From Botryllus schlosseri (lineage: Eukaryota): DNA of 64,000 bases. The first letter of the stretch is position 1; each line of letters opens with the position of its first letter. A program made the position numbers and the translations under genes. The stretch is taken from positions 16,864,001-16,928,000 of the forward strand of contig CM119381.1 of assembly GCA_051294905.1 (NCBI GenBank). The letters run 5' to 3'. The notes beneath the pieces were generated by a model. That model saw nothing but the letters and a program-made list of their open reading frames with translations, was not told the origin of the DNA and searched no databases. This document shows, piece after piece, positions 59,674 to 64,000 of this stretch.

Positions 59674-60858
59674 CAGGGGTCGCCAACTCAAAATGGGTCG
59701 CGGGCCACTTTTCCGAATGCCGAGATGCCGCGGGCCGCAGGACATCAATATCGATATAAAAGTAGGCAAAGCAGTTCAGCAACCACATCTGATAACTCTT
59801 CGTTATTACAATGCTGTGCTCTCTAACATGGGCGACGGTTATAGTCACCACAAAAGAAATAATATTTTATTGAACAAACACAAATACAACAAAAGTATCA
59901 TGATCATCAATTTCCAATTTCGTTATATTTTGAACTATGAGCTGTACACGATACCTGATACTCTGTAGCCGCTAAAACAGGGGTGGCCCACATTTTTGCT
60001 CTTCATGGCCGCTTTTCGATTACTCATGTAGCCTGCGGCCGCATACCGGTTGTTATAGTCGTGATAAACTAGCTGGGGCCAAATGCCCACGTTAAACTGT
60101 CCATGTCCATTGCCGGTACACTCCGAACTAATCAATTTATGCACATCGGCTTACTATGCGGACCGAAATTGTTATTAGTTATGTTGTAATAGCCACAGGA
60201 CACCCCGGTCTGTAGTCGCGCCAAGCGCGAAAAATTTTTCATGTTTATTAGTGAATTTCGTCAATATTCGTATGGTTTCACATATTACTATAAAATATTT
60301 ATCCTTTCTCGGCCAATGTGATCAGATTCACCGATAGAGCTGATGCAGGGGGTATCTTAGAAAACGTAGGGTTGTTATCAAAAGTGTCGACAGCCGCATA
60401 ATTTCCCTTCTACTACCGCAGATTGGCCACCCCTGGATTAAAGAATCAATATTTGGATTAGCTAGACACGGTAGGCCTACTTGCTAAACAACTATCTCCT
60501 CGTAAAGCATGGTCTTTTGGAGAGCCCGAAGTCGTTTTTCACGCGTCTCGGTCTTGGCAGTGGTGGGCCATTGCACGTCAAGGCGATATTATGGCCATTC
60601 GTACCAGCAAATTCTTCATCCATGGAATGATATTACCATGTCGAAGCCGTATCAACTAGTAAGGAATAGTGATATTGGGCACAGTGTAATGGCTTACTTC
60701 GAACAACAACAACATTATGTTTCAATTGAAATAATTTTCAGCGTTTAAAAATGATTTACTAAGCGTTTTTCTGAAATTTGTTCAAATCAGGTCGCGGGCC
60801 GCAAAATAGGACCTCGCGGGCCGCATGCGGCCCGCGGGCCGCGTGTTGGAGACCCCTG
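59674..60858. mobile_element. hAT (Charlie/Buster-like) non-autonomous element, 1185 bp, inserted 16 nt upstream of the CARF-module ATG
   Basis: TIRs CAGGGGTCGCCAAC / GTTGGAGACCCCTG; exact TSD CGCTACAG (59666-59673, 60859-60866); GCGGGCCGC subterminal repeats. Confidence 0.92.
59978..60435. mobile_element. nested MITE with CAGGGGTGGCC termini
   Basis: CAGGGGTGGCC / GGCCACCCCTG inverted termini, no intact TSD. The internal part resembles the 324-bp repeat unit at 42590-43430. Confidence 0.6.
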
Positions 60859-62430
60859 CGCTACAGGATGCTAGAAGAAGCAGAGTAAATTCGACTATGC
60901 TTTAATTTTGATGTATAGTGCAGATACTACACTAATTACGATAACTTACTGCTTCAACAAACTTGATCATATATGATTTGGATAGCAATGTTTTTCGACA
61001 ATTTTTTTCACAACAGGTATCATCTATGTTAGAAAATTCGAGTCCTCTTTTGCAGTACTTATTGCATTGTGTTCATATTGACTATTCACAGTTATCATGT
61101 TCAATGTACAGCAGCTTTATCTCACGATTACTGTAACTGTCTATTATGCTTTTCCCCTCATTACTAATACTTGATATGGCAATTCTTTCATGAACTGCAT
61201 TTCGCATACTGGATCCAATCTATCTTTCGTGATTTGTAAAATTTTATTTTTGCATTATTTGCAATAAATCAATTCTCTTGACATGGTTCATTCCATCGCT
61301 AACGATATCGCAGACAGCTATAGGAGATGCCTTTCACTGCCGTCTACCGTTCATAATGGCCTTGACTGGCATTATAATACCACTACAGCTCGGCATTTAG
61401 TAGTATTGCTTTAGTAGTAACTAGTAAGGCTTCGTATACAGTTGAATATATGCGAATGAATTATGAATATGTGATCCCATGGTTGCCGGAGAACCCGACT
61501 TGGCCTATAATACGTGACATTGCAATTGCCGAAGTCCTATGTTATGTTTATGATTGATTGACTTTTTCAAGTCGTTTCGACTCCTTTCTATCCTTACATT
61601 GTACCAGGATCTTACGTCGGTAAGCATTAGCACGCAAAGTATTGCAGGCAGACAAGCTCATCACAATCGACCAACGCTGCCGAAATAATGTAAACACAAA
61701 ACCGGTTTTCAGAAGAAAACAAAGGTGCGAGCGCCATCTGTTAGATCACTGTGATTCGCCTGTTTGTCGCATCATAGTGTCCTATATGGTGTCGACACAA
61801 GCAAATCGCACGGTTCAATGAAATTGTATCACGTCACAGTTTCCATTTGCCTACAGGCAATTTGACGGTGATTTTTGACCGGCTTGCCGAGCATTAAATT
61901 TGATGAATCGGGTATCAATCGAAAGCGGACTCTGCACTGATTACGAAAATATAAATTTTATTCCGCTCGCGGCCCTGGAACCCCCACAATCAGCCCCCAA
62001 TTATTGATTGTCGAGTAGATTGGCAGTGTGACGCAACAATGCTGTCTGGCGAAACGAGAGACTAGCTCAAGAGCAAGGATGCGGCCGAGCGGCGAGAGTG
62101 GGATCAGCTGACGTCGCGGCAATAGTGATGTGCAAACGCGCCACAGAGAAACGCTGCGCTGTTGATACTTTTTCTATGCGTTTCGGTACAAGCGAGCACA
62201 CACCAGCCTTTCCTTGACTTGTAAGGGTAGAACTGGGTCCACGGAATGTATTAGGGCCCTACCAATTTTCGCGCAATATCCTTCAGCTGATAAAGATATG
62301 TAGGCTACATCTAAGTAGTCTGCCTTGGATATGTCAGATTATTATGATATCGATTGCCTTAGCCCGCTTGTTGCGTAGGGCTCCAGAGACACGTCGCGCT
62401 GTTGATGGTGGGTGTCGATACTTTCTATAG

Positions 62431-63644
62431 CAGAGGTCTCAAACTCAAATGTGCTCGCGGGTCAGTTTTCCCGTTTTGACGACGCCACGGGCCGCTGCAC
62501 TTATAGGGGTATTCTATATCTTTCCAAGTTGGCCTTATTTGGCGGGAATGAATTGTCCTATTGGAAGTGAGCCGATCCAGCAGACTGACAGTAAACACAC
62601 ATCGTCAAAATGGGATTTACCCTTGTATCAAATTAGGCCTGGCACGAAAAGAGTCGTCACATTTATACCTATTTGATTAGAATTGTTGTTGTACTTGATA
62701 TATATTAATTATAAGATATATACACCATATGGGCGGAGAAATGTATGATGCCATCATAAAAGCTATCGGGTTATAATTTTGCAGCTACAATGAATATTTT
62801 AATTTAGCAGAGTGACAGGCTAATTGAGACTGATCTGATATCAAAACATTTTTAGGCTGAGCATTGTAATTCCAATCCAGGATTCGTGTATACTTCTGAT
62901 AGGTAGGCTATAATCACATGGCCAAATATCTTCCAATATAGAAGCAGTAAAAAATATAAATATAATATAAATATATTGATGAATGTGTCCTAGTGATTGA
63001 AATGTCGGAACGCCCAACAGCCCATTGTTGTTACATCGTTGGAGCGTACCACTACGGTACTCGGTACCTTTAAGTGGCCTTAATAACATGGTTTAGCGAC
63101 CAAAGATGTAACTAACAGATTGCCAATGGTTGCCATAACTACTTGCTTAGTTAGCGAAATACCAAGCTGCGACCATTCGATCTATTACTATTACCCTGAT
63201 ACGCGATTAGTTTGTTGCGTCCATGGTTCTAACAAATTCACGGCATTCCGAGTCACTCCGAGTCCACCCGATTCATTTTCATTTTGCCATCGAGTTAGCC
63301 CGAGTCTGAGTAATTTTAAGAAAGGTCGCGTCCAACTCACACATTTCAGTCACGAATCGTCTAAGGGTCAGGTTCTGTCGTCATGAATTGGAAATGTGGC
63401 GAAATAGTGAATCTTCCCCTGCATCCCATGTAGCGATTGCAATAGATGTGATAGTGAAGTTTGATGAATAGTTTCAGGTTTTCGGAGCAATTTAAGAGGG
63501 AATTTGGACTTTGTAACCTGAAAAGATATATATGTGACACTTATATATTGTCAAATTATTAAAAATCTAAAATGTCGTCGCGGGCAGCACAAAATGTTCT
63601 GGCGGGCCGCATGCGGCCCGCGGGCCGCGTGTTTGAGACCTCTG
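62431..63644. mobile_element. hAT (Charlie/Buster-like) non-autonomous element, 1214 bp
   Basis: Perfect TIR CAGAGGTCTCAAAC / GTTTGAGACCTCTG; exact TSD TTCTATAG (62423-62430, 63645-63652). Confidence 0.92.
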
Positions 63645-63788
63645 TTCTATAGTCACTTTTATGGTTAAGTGTGAGCAAGGAGCATTGAGCATGAGCATAC
63701 ATTACAAGCTTTTATTTGATCCGTATGGATAGGACTTGGTCCGCGAATGCAGCAGGTAAAATGTTGATTGTTGAATAAAGTTTAACAG

Positions 63789-64000
63789 CAGGAGTGTCGA
63801 ATTAAACTGGTATCGCTGTCCGGATTCAATCCGTTACTAGAAAGCTTGCGGGCCATACCTGCCAAATGATTCCAAAATGTTACCACCAAATTCATACCTT
63901 TGTTTTTCACTGGAATATATCTGATATCACTATAAACGTTGACGTTGGAATTTGGTTTAGCATTTTTCAATCACCAAATAGTTTTTTTGAATGCCGGGGA
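63789..64000. mobile_element. left part of a MITE related to 3469-3973, truncated by the window edge
   Basis: CAGGAGTGTCGAA terminus; TTCCAAAATGTTAC..CCTTTGTTTTTCACT matches 3547-3590. Confidence 0.55.

Overview
Animal (metazoan) genomic DNA, not prokaryotic. All recognisable genes are spliced and on the minus strand. The many 55-78 nt introns, relaxed splice donors and dense 8-bp-TSD MITEs suggest a compact invertebrate deuterostome genome such as an ascidian; this taxon is an inference only. From left to right: (1) the first two coding exons of an SLCO/OATP transporter paralog that runs off the left edge (444-1126); (2) a complete 12-exon SLCO/OATP gene (2960-15219, about 645 aa); (3) a 13-exon type I membrane receptor with six Ig domains and a long Tyr-containing tail ending in a PDZ ligand (19385-35918, about 964 aa); (4) an uninterpreted stretch of about 8 kb; (5) the highlight, one phase-consistent 28-exon chain (59649 to 44585, 1023 aa) joining a CaRF-like DNA-binding domain, a complete Taspase-1 (TASP1) protease and a complete NUDT22 Nudix hydrolase. 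Neither TASP1 nor NUDT22 has a Met at its usual start. The TASP1 stop codon lies inside a 61-nt GT-AG intron whose removal fuses it in frame to NUDT22. The TASP1-NUDT22 linker contains MLD/GSDN, a near match to the Taspase cleavage consensus, which suggests a self-processing polyprotein. Large introns and intergenic DNA are filled with hAT-type and Tc1/pogo-type non-autonomous elements, several with exact TSDs and some nested three deep. Exon models were built by hand from splice signals, reading phase and homology motifs recalled from memory; no database search or RNA evidence was available.
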